Shown here: positions 52,106 to 61,729 of the stretch, in pieces
How the letters are laid out: each line of letters begins with the position of its first letter
How positions within the stretch are numbered: position 1 is the first letter of the stretch
Assembly: GCA_964016885.1 (NCBI GenBank)
Contig: OZ024755.1
Location: forward strand, 17,856,001 to 17,920,000
Length of the DNA: 64,000 nt
Reading direction: 5' to 3'
Source: Eledone cirrhosa
Lineage: Eukaryota
Made by a program: the position numbers and the translations under genes
Notes under the pieces: generated by a model
Database searches by the model: none
Seen by the model: the letters and a program-made list of their open reading frames with translations, nothing else
What the model was told of the DNA's origin: nothing

Positions 52106-52827
52106 TCATCATCACTTTACGTCCGCTTTTCCCTGCTTGCAAGGGTGGGACGGGAACTAATTCTGGCTTGATTTCTACAGCTGGTGTTTTTTTGCCGTGG
52201 CGCCTACACGTCCACTTTACAGTGTGGGCTGGGTGCTTTTTTGCCGTGGCACCTCCACGACCACTTTGCAGTGGAATGATAGGGACCCCAGTCCCTATCA
52301 TCTCATTTCTACAGCTGAGTAAACTGGAGCAATGTGAAAAATAAAGTGTCTTGCTCAAGGACACAACACATCACCTGGTCTGAGAATTGAACTCACAACC
52401 TTTCGATTGCAAGGCCAATGCTCTAACCAGTAAGCCACATTGAGTTCAAATCCCGTTGAGGTTAACTTTGCCTTTCATCCTTACGGGGTCGATAAAATAA
52501 AGTACCAGTAATGCACTGGGTAATTGCTGGCCTTGTGCCAAAAGTAGAAACAATTATTACGATAGTAACTCAATGTAAGGTTCTTAAGTAAAATTATGTT
52601 ACAAGATTTTAATTTAAATTGGAAACCTTTAAAATGGATAGTTTTATTTCATAGACGTAGAGCCAGGTTGGTAACTAAAGGGTTAGAATAAACAACTTGC
52701 TATTGTAGGGCCAGGAACAATTTCAAGTAAGCTGGGATCAGAAGGGTTAAATAAATGTTGTTGTTTACATCTGTTTTTAATTTTTAATGTCTCTCTATCT
52801 TTCTCTTTCCAGGAATTACTTCAATAA
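11303..52827 (+). CDS. SORT1: Sortilin (VPS10P-domain sorting receptor), whole spliced gene: 21 coding exons, 805 aa
   Basis: Manual splice of 21 GT-AG exons with matching phases, 2418 nt including stop. Motifs: furin site RFKR; Asp-boxes TEDGGRNF, SKEGGRSW, SSDGGITW, TFDRGGIW, TSDGGYTW, STDEGNCW; FMHVDDPGDTG; GYRKIPGDKC; TM helix; YSLL; SDDEELLQ*. No LDLR or FN3 modules, so sortilin rather than SorLA/SorCS. Confidence 0.93.
14256..14720 (-). mobile_element. RTE-related composite repeat with (TGA)n tail
   Basis: Closely similar to 4865-5280; contains GGATGCCCTTCCTAACACCAAC. Other copies at 9500-9692, 26700-27037, 35170-35358, 37174-37455 and 56210-56356. Confidence 0.7.
15290..16170. repeat. 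degenerate ~35-bp tandem array interrupted by a MITE
   Basis: Recurrent ACTCCTATGTATTAAGGTGTCCTAAACACCCTGTT-like units. Confidence 0.65.
15661..15883 (+). mobile_element. piggyBac-like MITE family 1, inserted in a degenerate tandem array
   Basis: TTAA-flanked; same body as 191-417. Confidence 0.8.
17351..17550. other. assembly gap (200 N) in sortilin intron 1
   Basis: Run of N; begins inside a family-1 MITE copy. Confidence 1.
18625..19012 (-). mobile_element. same SINE family, inverted
   Basis: Reverse complement of 5540-5874. Confidence 0.8.
19265..19630 (+). mobile_element. 3' end of an RTE-clade LINE
   Basis: DQWVKKCQEISIVG..RSGPRKTWSEVV..DL; (TGA)n tail. Confidence 0.8.
21903..22126. 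repeat. 56-bp tandem repeat x4
   Basis: GAGGTCA(A/C)CCAGGG starts at 21903, 21959, 22015 and 22071. Confidence 0.9.
23726..23782 (+). CDS. SORT1: sortilin exon 2
   Basis: ttgtag|FVFRNESDVNITLTWADDG|gtaagt, phase 0-0. Confidence 0.8.
24443..24783 (+). mobile_element. same SINE family
   Basis: Near-identical to 5545-5874. Confidence 0.8.
26202..26260 (+). CDS. SORT1: sortilin exon 3
   Basis: ttttag|VMLVAMTSQNRISSSNLYR(S)|gtaaat, phase 0-2. Confidence 0.85.
26394..26620 (+). mobile_element. piggyBac-like MITE family 1
   Basis: TTAA TSD and intact TIRs. Confidence 0.85.
28777..28879 (+). CDS. SORT1: sortilin exon 4
   Basis: ttatag|(S)NPSGEKFQTINHLLNNENIRTGNGLQHHKSNVKK|gtaaaa, phase 2-0. Confidence 0.85.
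29251..29692 (-). mobile_element. 3' end of a CR1/L2-group LINE
   Basis: LKLRRLATDL...NTRGHAHKVRKQHS...RKHFF C-terminal signature, 3' UTR and (ATT)n tail; a second 3' UTR relic at about 42505-42625. Confidence 0.8.
29964..30113 (+). CDS. SORT1: sortilin exon 5
   Basis: tttcag|LYVITKSSLFITEDGGRNF...KESKTK|gtacgt, phase 0-0. Confidence 0.88.
30111..30862. repeat. minisatellite with a 79-bp higher-order unit (31+31+17)
   Basis: TCAGG recurs at 30171, 30250 and 30329; units TAAGGTATGTTATAA(A/G)TCAGTTTTATATCTG and T(C/T)AGGTATGTACATCTG. Confidence 0.95.
31205..31275 (+). CDS. SORT1: sortilin exon 6
   Basis: tacag|MLYISKEGGRSWENISSNVSLFY(W)|gtaagc, phase 0-2. Confidence 0.88.
31818..32000. repeat. 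~49-bp tandem repeat x~4 of a SINE internal domain
   Basis: TTTGCCTTTCATTCTTCTGGGGTTGATAAAATAAAGGCCCTGG repeated. Confidence 0.85.
32482..32700 (-). mobile_element. piggyBac-like MITE family 1 (inverted)
   Basis: TTAA TSD, intact TIRs, reverse-complement body. Confidence 0.85.
32701..33020 (+). mobile_element. second SINE family (Meta-domain-like), representative copy
   Basis: GGCAG..TGGCAGA head and AACTTTGCCTTTCATCC...AAAGTACCAGT domain. More than 12 copies, e.g. 2119, 10120, 22789, 39127, 44528, 46130(-), 50286, 55563, 56795, 60545(-). Confidence 0.7.
33027..33305 (+). mobile_element. CORE-like SINE with an alternative tail (...GGATAAGCACCAGCC...AGACTTTA)
   Basis: Same head and core, different 3' part; relatives at 20110-20393 and 54565-54820, another tail variant at 7073-7405. 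Confidence 0.7.
33420..33490 (+). CDS. SORT1: sortilin exon 7
   Basis: ttacag|(W)STSKNDKNYTIYISETNASHTTR|gtaagt, phase 2-1. Confidence 0.8.
34526..34810. mobile_element. non-autonomous mariner MITE with a duplicated right end
   Basis: TACGAGGGACGGCTGAAAA ... TTTTCAGCCGAC(T/C)CT, the right end present twice; shares internal sequence with 10960-11040. Relatives at 25660-25787 and 40489-40640. Confidence 0.75.
34884..35014 (+). CDS. SORT1: sortilin exon 8
   Basis: taacag|(Y)YIGDVYTLKKSSGDYRVW...FGIQGNFIYATTLTKD|gtaagt, phase 1-0; an in-frame alternative AG at 34891-34892 is possible. Confidence 0.85.
38316..38590 (+). mobile_element. RTE-clade LINE 3' fragment
   Basis: GHVMRMEDDRWVKKCQEIPVEGRRSRGSPRKSW. 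Confidence 0.8.
39627..39849 (-). mobile_element. piggyBac-like MITE family 1 (inverted)
   Basis: TTAA-flanked, TIRs recognisable. Confidence 0.8.
40014..40097 (+). CDS. SORT1: sortilin exon 9
   Basis: aaag|GKERRMQISSDGGITWNEAQLETITHDR|gtaagt, phase 0-0. Confidence 0.9.
40981..41041 (+). CDS. SORT1: sortilin exon 10
   Basis: tttcag|FFSILDMSEGLIFMHVDDPG|gtaagc, phase 0-1. Confidence 0.92.
41488..41735 (+). CDS. SORT1: sortilin exon 11
   Basis: ttcag|(D)TGHGTLYTSGQDGIIYSKSLERH...ITFDRGGIW...CPNNT|gtaagt, phase 1-0. Confidence 0.93.
41860..42206. mobile_element. hAT (Charlie-like) MITE
   Basis: TIRs CAGAGGTTCTCAAA / TTTGAGAACCTCTG; 8-bp TSD ATCTAAAG / AGCTAAAG. Confidence 0.85.
42298..42403 (+). 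CDS. SORT1: sortilin exon 12
   Basis: ttacag|KTCHLHIHNAYS...PLSTPSAIGLILVH|gtaagt, phase 0-1. Confidence 0.92.
42733..42926. mobile_element. degenerate hAT MITE
   Basis: CAGGCATTTGAAAC ... GTTTGACATACCTG with GGCCC-rich subterminal motifs. Confidence 0.6.
43255..43873 (-). mobile_element. non-autonomous Helitron
   Basis: Minus strand: 5' TCTATATATATAAAA, a (TG)n tract, 3' hairpin CCCGTGCAACGCCGGG, then CTAG; inserted between A and T. Confidence 0.85.
43948..44375. mobile_element. two abutting TTAA-specific MITEs (family 2 at 43948-44201, family 1 at 44198-44375)
   Basis: TTAACCCTTTTGTTACC...; shared TTAA at 44198-44201; ends ...AAAGGGTTAA. Confidence 0.7.
44405..44481 (+). CDS. SORT1: sortilin exon 13
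   Basis: tttcag|(G)HVANTLQTTEPDVFVTSDGGYTWRK|gtaagg, phase 1-0. Confidence 0.92.
45279..45552 (+). CDS. SORT1: sortilin exon 14
   Basis: tttcag|ALDKPHHYQIADSGGLLVAV...FSTDEGNCW...LLTEPGS...KQK|gtgagt, phase 0-1. Confidence 0.93.
46692..46812 (+). CDS. SORT1: sortilin exon 15 (start of 10CC module)
   Basis: taaag|(C)QESDYKLWLAHS...GCLLG...RLRPES(W)|gtaaat, phase 1-2. Confidence 0.9.
46860..47544 (+). mobile_element. piggyBac-like MITE family 2 with a nested SINE and CRE-LINE fragment
   Basis: TTAACTCTTTTGATACC...GAAAGGGTTAA. Related copies at about 38940-39483, 57925-58163, 20990-21307 and 52560-52686. Confidence 0.65.
47075..47250 (+). mobile_element. C-terminal fragment of an RLE-endonuclease (CRE-like) non-LTR retrotransposon
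   Basis: FGVVPLAVETSGVL...EPREMEWLFQHISLTILQGNAFSIL. Confidence 0.7.
47678..47752 (+). CDS. SORT1: sortilin exon 16
   Basis: catag|(W)CYNGENHINRNETSVCMCTRSDYQ(C)|gttagt, phase 2-2. Confidence 0.9.
48475..48585 (+). CDS. SORT1: sortilin exon 17
   Basis: ttctag|(C)DYGYKADENQKC...ICIRGHEEKIVSE(G)|gtaagt, phase 2-2. Confidence 0.9.
48715..49095 (-). mobile_element. decayed LINE 3' end (RTE-like)
   Basis: Reverse strand shows remnants of a GHVVRM...GRRPGGRP..RW-type motif; a similar relic at about 18390-18570. Confidence 0.5.
49204..49309 (+). CDS. SORT1: sortilin exon 18
   Basis: tacag|(G)YRKIPGDKC...DLGVQCALKIK|gtaatt, phase 2-0. Confidence 0.88.
49560..49765 (-). mobile_element. RTE-clade LINE fragment
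   Basis: Reverse complement resembles 38316-38480 (RWYGHVM..D.RWV). Confidence 0.65.
49803..49924 (+). CDS. SORT1: sortilin exon 19 (transmembrane helix)
   Basis: tttcag|KPFIPASVASFVVAIIAVIILILVLTMSAFLIHKLCLLRR|gtaagt, phase 0-2. Confidence 0.9.
50190..51530. mobile_element. Tigger/pogo-like DNA element with a nested SINE (50286-50478)
   Basis: TA|CAGTCGAGTC ... GACTCAACTG|TA termini; CpG-rich interior; no transposase ORF recognised. Confidence 0.55.
51552..51666 (+). CDS. SORT1: sortilin exon 20 (cytoplasmic tail, YxxL motif)
   Basis: tttcag|(H)KVVYRYSLLNQTEDEF...GDYSDDE|gtgagg, phase 2-0. Confidence 0.9.
52102..52438 (-). mobile_element. same SINE family, inverted
   Basis: Reverse complement of 5540-5874. 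Confidence 0.8.
52813..52827 (+). CDS. SORT1: sortilin exon 21, coding part ELLQ*, followed by 3' UTR
   Basis: Long pyrimidine tract ...tttccag|GAA TTA CTT CAA TAA; completes the acidic dileucine motif DDEELLQ. Confidence 0.85.
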   Translation, partial: ELLQ

Positions 52828-53450
52828 AATGGTTAGATTGTTCCACTTGCTGAACACTTTCAGTATTCCTAAAAGATGATCACTTTAATTGGAATATTCC
52901 TTTACATTCTGACCCCCCACCCCAACCCACCCCCTCCAAGCCAACATCATTTTTTCATATTTCCTGCTGTTTGAAATATGTCCCAAACATGAGTCACTTA
53001 CCTGAAAACATTTTTGATCTCTGCTCTTATTTCCACTCAAAAGAAGCAACTCTGTTACAAAAGCTTATAAATTGGACTTTTTACCTGTATTTGGCACTCG
53101 TACCAATCTGGATATTTTTGTTTTGTTTTGCGTGTCAATTTTTGTACGCTTTTTTGTTTGTTTTCGTTTTCTTCCCCTGTTGATCTTAAGTCTAACAAGA
53201 AATTTCACAATTTTCATAAATTTCTTTTAATTTGGTTCTTTGTTGAATATATCTATATTTCTTTTTTGTTTTTGTTTTGGCTTTAGTGGATTATGATGGA
53301 TATATATATATACATACATACATACATATATTTATATATATATACATATATATATAAAGAAAAACCATGATGTTAATGATGTTATGTAACGCCTACTGGT
53401 AAATGTGTCACTTGAATAAGTGTGTATGTGTTTGTACATAAATATATAAT

Positions 53451-53456
53451 AATAAA
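53451..53456 (+). terminator. candidate polyadenylation signal for sortilin
   Basis: AATAAA followed by T/GT-rich sequence about 620 nt after the stop; other AATAAA copies lie near 53728 and 53783. Confidence 0.35.
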
Positions 53457-56400
53457 CTTTTTTTAATATATGTATATGATGTGTTTAATGATAGGAAATG
53501 GTGGGGTTTGCTTAAAATGCTATATATTTTAACCACTGAGATTTCTTACCAATATTACTCAACCCATTCATCAAGAACATAGAGATTTCTTACCAATATT
53601 ACTCAACCCATTCCATCAAGAACATAGAGATACAGACATAATAAACTGTTGTTGATAATTTCTTTAAAAAATTGTTTTCTTAAGGCTTCCAATTAGTGTA
53701 TGTATTGATATTTAATGAGATCCAATTAATAAATTATTAAATCTATTTAAATTTTTTATCGAAAGAGAATGATTAAGTAAGTAATAAATAAAAATAATTA
53801 AAACTGATTTAAGTTTCAGTTTTGGCTTTTTTTTTTTCTCCTCTCCTTTCATCTTTCCTCCCAACACACTTTAAACACAAATTTCTCTCTTCTAACATTA
53901 ACAAGTTTCAGTTCTGGATATTTTTTCTCCTCTTCTCTTTCCTCTTTCTTCCCAACACACTTTAAACATGGTTTGATCTGGTTTTTATTATCAAACTAAA
54001 CCTCACTGCATTTCCTAATTCACTATTGTGCTTTAGAATGCCAAACTCACTATCATATGATTGTATGTTCAATTCCCAAGCCAGACAGTATGTGTGTGTC
54101 CTTGAGCAAGGGAATCATTTCATTTCATATTGCTCCAGTCCACTCAACTGAAAATGAGTAACAGTAAGCAGTTGCAGTAAAAGCAGCTGTTAACCTTGTG
54201 ATGGACTGGTGACATATCCAGGGATGAGTCTTGTGCCCTCACTTACTTCATGCCACATAAAACCAGGGTAAGCCCTGAGCTGGCCTGATGAGCCTCTAGG
54301 CTTAATAAAGACTTTAACTTTAATATTGTAAATGTTAGCATTCATTGCTTGGATATTTTTATGGCTGTAGCTAACAATAATATAGAATTCCACTAGAAAA
54401 TGGATCCCTTATGTCTTATTTTATTCCATTTCATTCAATATGAAGGCAAGTGGCTTAGTGGTTAGAGAATTGGATTCGTAATCGTGAGGTTGCGAGTTTG
54501 ATTCCCAGACTAAGTGATGCATTATATCCTTGAGCATGACACTTTATTTCACGTTGCTCTTTTGTGGAGGGGTATGACCTATTGGTAAGGGTGTTGGACT
54601 TAGGATCATAATGTCATGGGTTTGATTCTTGGACAAACACTTCATTTTACGTTGCTACAGTATACTTAGCTGAAAATGAGGACAAACAATGGCTGGGAGT
54701 TTAACCCTATGATGGACTGGCATCCTGTCCAGGGAGAAGTCTTGTACTCTTAGTCACTTCATGCCATAAAACCGGGATAAGCACTCACCTAATGAGCCTT
54801 CTGGCTTGAGACAAACTTTCTGCCAGGAGTTGCAACTGGTAGATAATATCAACAATAGAAATATCAATTGAAACATTGTTTCCTTTGTCTGATTTGATGA
54901 GTTCCACCCCATTCAGTTGGTAAATGAGGTCTGGGGTCTTGTTGATCTCTCTCTCTCTCATTCATTGGATTGTGGTCATGATGTACTGCATTTAAATATT
55001 TGTCTTAATCTTTAGTTCCCTGATATCACTTTATATCTACATTCTGATCAGAAGGCTTTCACTGATGCTCAGCTTAATTAAAAACCAAAATAAAAAATAT
55101 AGGGTGCGCATTTTACATTGTGATGTTTCTGGGTGCTCGTTAAATATTTTTACTTTTTTTTATAGGGGACATCAAACTGCATTCCTATTAAGTTTAGGTT
55201 GGGATGGTTGACATACACTTCTTACTTAAATGTCTTCATATTGTCAGTTAGAAGTAAAAAAAAAAAAAAACGTTGACCTTAGGAAGATATATAAGAAATT
55301 AGTAGATATTGATATGGTACAAGCCATATCCAATCCAAGCCTTCCCACTCTTCTTGGAGGTACCCCTCTCTGGTTGATCTCCAGCACTTTCTGTTGGGTT
55401 TTGGTCATGTCTTCAGGGGTGTAGCCATACTCACCATGCTTGACCGATTGCAGGTTGGTGAGGGTATTTAGCCCATAGCCATATAGCACATGTTTATTCT
55501 GAGTCAAGATTTGGGGAATACAACTATACAAATATTGATAATAATAACAACTATTATCATTAGGCAGCAAATCCCAAGTTGGTTAGAACGTCAGATAGAA
55601 TACTTTGTGATATTTGTTCCAGCTCTCTGTTCTCTGAGTTCAAATCCTGCCGAGGTCGATAAAATAAAGCACCAGTAACGTACTGGGGCCAATTTAATCG
55701 ACTTTCCTCGTCTCCCCCTCAATTAATATTAATAATGGTTTCTAATTTAGGCACAACACCAGCAATTTTGGAGAAGGAAAGGTAGAATTTATCAAACACC
55801 CCATACCACCCCTCTCCTAGTACTTAACTACTATTTTATTTTGTCGACCCTGGAAGGATGAAAGGCAAAGTTGAATTTAAATACGGAATGTAAAGAGCTC
55901 TAACTAGATATTGCAAAGTATTTTGTCTGGCACTCTACCGGTTCTGCAGTCCATGTCCCTACTACTAATAATAATGGTTTCTGATTTAGACACAAGGCCA
56001 GCAATTTTGAGGGAGGGGAAAGTTAATTAAATCAACCCCTGTGTGTGACTGGTATATTATTTTATCAACTCCATAAGGATGAAAGGCAAATAAAGTACCA
56101 GTAATGCACTGGGATCGACTTTGCTCTCCCTCAATTAAATTCAGGCGAAAAAGTGAGTCTTGTTACTCTGGAGTTTCGCCTTTCTACCACATACAGATAT
56201 ATATATATATTGGTGTTAGGAAGGGCATCCAGCCATAGAAAACCTGCCAGACAGTCCTATACGAGCAAGACAACCAATCTTGCCTCAAGTGGGACAATTC
56301 CCGTCTAAACCCATGCTAGCGTGGAAGATAGACGTTAAACGATGATGATGATGATATATATATATTATAAGAATAGATTAAAGTTTAAACAAAGAATCGC

Positions 56401-58763
56401 TGCTTTCAACCTTAATGGGATCTTAATCTGTTCTTATAATAAGTATTTGCTCTACGGGTGTTTATATATATATAATCCTTATTGAGGCCTCTTCGGATTT
56501 TAGTCTTCACATTGATTATCACTATATATATATATATATGCCTTGTATGTTGTGTTGTGCAAAATGAAAAGGCTTTTTATGAACAATGTTATGTTCTAAA
56601 TGACTCCTAACCCCTATTGTCTCTCCCTCCATACCAGGTTGTTCTACCCGTATTCCCCACTTTTAGTTTTTATTTGACTTCATCTTTTTTTTATTTTATT
56701 TTTTTAAAAGAAATATTTTTATTTATTCTCTTAAAAATTGTCTATCATTATCTAATTAAATAAACAATAGACTCGTTATTATTATTATTATTAGGGTGGT
56801 GGTTTGGCAGAGTCATGAAACCATTGGACAAAATGCTTTGCAGCATTTAGTCACAGCCCTTTACATTCGGGCACTCTGCTTCACGGCACAGAGTTACGTC
56901 CCTTTGCGTTCTGAGTCCAAATCCCACCAAGGTTAGATTTGTCTTTCATCCTTTCGGGGTAAAATAAAGTACCAATAGATCACTAGGGTGGATTTAATCG
57001 ACTTTCCCGTCCCCCCTTCAAATTGCTGGCCTTGTGCCTAAAGTAGAATCAATTACTATTATCCGTATAAGATCATTTTCATAGTAATGATCTTATTAAT
57101 AACACTGAATCATCTAACTCTCTATATGAGGTTAGGTAATTTGGTAGGGAGTCAATTTAATGATCCAGTGTTAATAAGATCATCACTGTGCAAAAGAATA
57201 TTAATAATAATAACAACAACAACAGCAACAGTGAGTCTATTGTATAAATTTAAAAAAAAACTGATAGGATTCAAGCTTATGTTTATGTTGTACATAATTG
57301 AATGAAATGTTGATGTCTTGTTGAGCTACAGAAAATGTCATTGAGTAGATCTGTCATTGTTTTAAATATTATTAACTACTGGCATTTAGTGAAGGCTCAT
57401 GACTTACTGGTTAGAGAACTGGATTTGTAATTGTGAAGTTGCGAGTTTGATTCCTGGACCGGGTGATGCGTTATGTCCTTGATCAAGACACTTTATTTCC
57501 TGTTACTCCTTCTACCAGGAGTTGTGACCGGAGGATAGCATCAGCAATGGAAACATTGTTTCTGTGGTCCGATTATTTTACAAGTTCCATTCCACCCCAT
57601 TCGGTGAGCAAATGTGGTCTGGGATCTTATCAATCAACTCCTTTCATGGCATTTATTGTCTTCAGTGTTTTGTCATATCATTCTAATCATTCCAGACAAC
57701 ACTGTTTTATCAATATCTACTAATTTTCTTTTGTAAATAGAACTTACTTTATATTATTATTATTATTATTATTATTATTGAGTGTATATAGATTTATTTG
57801 GCTGGCAAACTTCTAGTTATATATTCTTGTATCTTCAATATATGATATGTAGAAATCTAAATATCAATATACTGTACATTTCTGTTGCCAGATCTCATTC
57901 AGAATAACATTATGCAATGTTCTTTTAATCCTTTAGTTACCAACCTGACCAAAACCAGCTCTGGTTCTATGAAATAAAACTACCCATTTTAAAGGTTTCC
58001 AATTTAAATTAAAATCTTCCAACATAATTTTAGATAAGAACCTTACATTAAGTTACTATCTCAGTAATTATATAATTGATAATTTTAGTAAATCTTCAAA
58101 ATTCTTCATTAATTAATTGAAATAGAGTGTATTTCATTAAAAATGTAGTCGTGAGAGGGTTATTAATATATATCTGGGGGATTTTTCCTGATTTCTGCTT
58201 CACCACTTGGTTTGGGTTAAATAATAGAAAGTGATTTCTTTGAAGAATCACAAGATCTCGAAAGAACATTTCTGACTTTGTAAAATAATTCTATATTGTT
58301 CCCAAGAAGCAGTTATTTCCATTTCTTCTCTCTCTCTCTCGATATATATATATATATATAATTCTCTTACTGGTATTTTTAGCTATCATTTATTGAGATT
58401 TTCGCAATTTTCGCAATTCAAAGCAGTCCATGCTGTTACGAGGTCCATCTCGTGTTGTATTATATTACAGAGTTAAGGAAGCTGTAGTGTGCAGGGTGTA
58501 AATAAAGTATGTAGGATCGGAGTCAGTGTTGCATCATATATATAAACTTTATTGGCATATTAGAATTGTTTCAATAGTGATCAGCTCAGGGTACAATCAT
58601 AATGACTGGGATCTGACTCTTCCTCAATATTTTATCTGATATACAAGTTGATCATTGTACCCTGAACTGATCGATATTGAAATGTTTGTAATATGCCTTA
58701 CTAGAGAATATACTACTATGGTATAGATCACTCATTCTCACAACCATTAATTCTAACCATGTA

Positions 58764-58795
<32 letters not shown>

Positions 58796-58979
58796 CATAT
58801 AAGAATTGAAATACTAGAGTGTGTTGGAGTTAAACACCCTCTTCGTATTATAGAAATGACAGTAAAGGTATAGCTCAATGTAATTAAACAGAGCCAAAGA
58901 ATTATGAAAATAAACCAAAGAAGCCTTCAATACATCAAATACATCAATATATTGAAGGCTACTTTGGTTTATTTTCATA

Positions 58980-59010
<31 letters not shown>

Positions 59011-59088
59011 CATATACGTACATGTATATATATATATACACATATACATATATATACACACATACATATATACATAACATACATGTAT

Positions 59089-59147
<59 letters not shown>

Positions 59148-59476
59148 AATGTGTCTTTCCAAACCTAAAGATATCAAGATATTTTTTACTTAGTTTTGTC
59201 AACTAATGTCTGTATAAAACCCTTAGTGATTATTGTTTTTAGAGTATATTTAATTTAATTATTTTACTACCTTTGGTGATTGTGGTAAGGTAATATGTAT
59301 AGTACTTAACTAATTATTTTTTTCCAGGATTTCCTCTTACTTGATTTGTATTTTACAATAAAATATAAATAAACAAAGATTGTGTTGCTTTACATTTATT
59401 TATTGACAAACATTGCTGACTGTCATTGAACAATTTCTATAAAACTGTGGGGTGAGATGGAGTGAAATAGAACGAG

Positions 59477-59617
59477 TGTAAAACTGGAGACCCAGATAGG
59501 GTCAAATTCAATGTGTATAAAACTGGAGACCCGGATAGGGTCAAATACAAAGTGTATAAAACTGGAGGCCCAGATAGGGTCAAATACAATGTGTATAAAA
59601 CTGGAGACCCAGATAGA
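59477..59617. repeat. 39-bp tandem repeat x~3.7
   Basis: TGTATAAAACTGGAGACCCAGATAGGGTCAAATACAATG. Confidence 0.9.
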
Positions 59618-59989
59618 CAATTTTGAATTGTACCTGTAATTTCAAGTTGTAGCCATATAGTATTAGTATGGTGATTCAGTTTCAAAATTATGCCGTGGCT
59701 ACACGTATCAATGAAATACTCAGCCATTTACACTAATTTCTCAAGTTGGAGTTCCGTTGATCGAACAACTAAATGTTTTCCATCGAAAGCAAGAAACAAA
59801 AGTTCTGCAAGACACCTTTACAATATTCTAATTGTTTATAGAGAGTTTGCCTTTCGTTTGTTATTTTACGAAGCTGTTTATACAAAAACAAAACAAAACA
59901 CTATTACAGGGAAGAAAAATATAAATGAAAAGAAGGAAAATAAAAAAAATTAAGCTACGAATGAAAGGGAGAGATAGACGCTACACCTC

Positions 59990-60210
59990 TTCCAGTTTGA
60001 GCAGTGCCTCAGCCGCGGACGAAATGGCAAAGGCATTCCCGTGGAGAATGGCTGTTGCAACAGCTACTCCACTTCATGGGGCTCCCTCCTTGTGTGGGCT
60101 GCTCTTTTGGACTTTACGAACGAAATCAGCAGTGTGCTTTCCTTCATAAAATCGACGGGGACCGATACAAAGAGGAAGCTGTTGGCCAGGCCCCAGTTTA
60201 TCTCCTCCGT
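59990..60210 (-). mobile_element. CRE-like retrotransposon C-terminal relic
   Basis: Minus strand: GLANSFLFVSVPVD...REPHEVE*LLQ../AILHGNAFAIS. Confidence 0.6.
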
Positions 60211-60995
60211 TTTAGTAGACAACACCAATAAATATGATAGTCTTACACATTATTTAACGTGGACCGCTAAATCTGGTCAATCGGTATATTTATGACATTC
60301 GGTAGTGTTAAAGTAGGACATATTGTCAACCGTGTTTGATGCTTTTCTGACCAATTCAGATGTAGATTTTAAGCAGAGCTGTAAAATTCGCAACATCTTT
60401 TCACGTGCTCTGATGTTGCAAACTCTTTTATTGCTAAGATACCTTACTCGCAGGAGTGGATCTTCCAGTGCATTTCCCAAGGAAACACCTTCTCTATTCT
60501 GTCCGCGGGGGTGCCAGCGCCTGGGCCCTCATTTGCTCATAAAAATTGTTTCTTCTTTTGGCACAAAGCCAGCAATTATCCCAGTGCATTACTGGTACTT
60601 TATTTTATCGACCCCGTAAGGAAGAAAGGCAAAGTTAAACTCGGCGGGATTTGAACTCAGAACGCAAACATAATTATGAGAGATGGGGAGGGACGGAGGT
60701 GGTGACAGTGGGAGTTTGGTTCCTCTGTGTTTGGACCTGGTGTACCTGTGTGTGTGACAAATGTTTGAGGTAATATATATTGGATTTTTTTCTTTTTTAG
60801 ACTAATTTGAATCGATATTTGTATTTATAAACTTACTCTATTAGAAAATACTCACAAAACACTTTATTCTTTTTTTTAAATGTTCAATACGTTCTATATA
60901 TTTCTAATGAAGATCAAGTTTTGTGAAGATAAGTAAATCTTGTTAATTAGATTTCGTGTAACTTTTAGTTTTCCCTGAAAAGATATTTCCAATTA

Positions 60996-61518
60996 CCGTA
61001 TATACTCGAGTAATAGTCGATCTCATGTAAAAGTCGCTCCTCCCCTTATTTTTGGCCAAAAAATCTGGAATTTTCCATAGAACTCGTATAAAAGTCGACC
61101 CTAGTATTTCACGGATAACAGGTTAACATTTGTGAGTCAAGGTACCATCATGTGCGTAGAAATAACATGGTAATATACTGTAATTATGAGATATAAATTG
61201 ATTGCATTAAGCTAACTGTTAAGTTTGATGGACACGGGTAAAAGAGCAAGGTAAATATCTATAAAAGTTACGCGGTCTTCTTTATTGATGTTATTTAATA
61301 GGACGTCTTTTGATGCATACAATCGGTAATGTTACTGTAATTCATTGTTTTATTTTTATTCGTTTAGAGACCAGTTGGACTTCTGCTACTGATACGGTAC
61401 TTTAAATTCTAGCTTCAATTTCAAGCCCCTCAAAAGTCATATCCATGTAATAGTCGATACCATAAATTTAACCTTTAAAATGGTCTAAAAGATTCGACTT
61501 TTACACGAGTATATACGG
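60996..61518. mobile_element. Tc2-like (Tc1/mariner superfamily) MITE
   Basis: TIRs CCGTATATACTCGAGTAATAGTCGA / TCGACTTTTACACGAGTATATACGG with internal AGTCGA subrepeats; a related right end lies at about 1-150. Confidence 0.8.
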
Positions 61519-61729
61519 AATTGTAAGCTCAAACGGATTCTGTTATATGCATTATATATTTCATTCTTTATTGACATATATAATTTTATATAGCTTTATA
61601 GACATATGTGTATAATTTTATAAAACTTTAACGCACATATATACATAGCTCGAATTTTAGAACTTACGAGACCGTCGAGGAAATAAATTTATAAGAAGAT
61701 GTAAGAAGCCCAGACACAGAAAATAACTG

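Noticed and set aside
59281-60780. Possible second gene: short ORFs, a tttccag acceptor near 59327 and a GAG|GTAAT donor near 60770
   Set aside because: No coherent exon chain or recognisable protein; the GC-rich parts are explained by CRE-like and SINE relics. A non-coding or UTR exon cannot be excluded.
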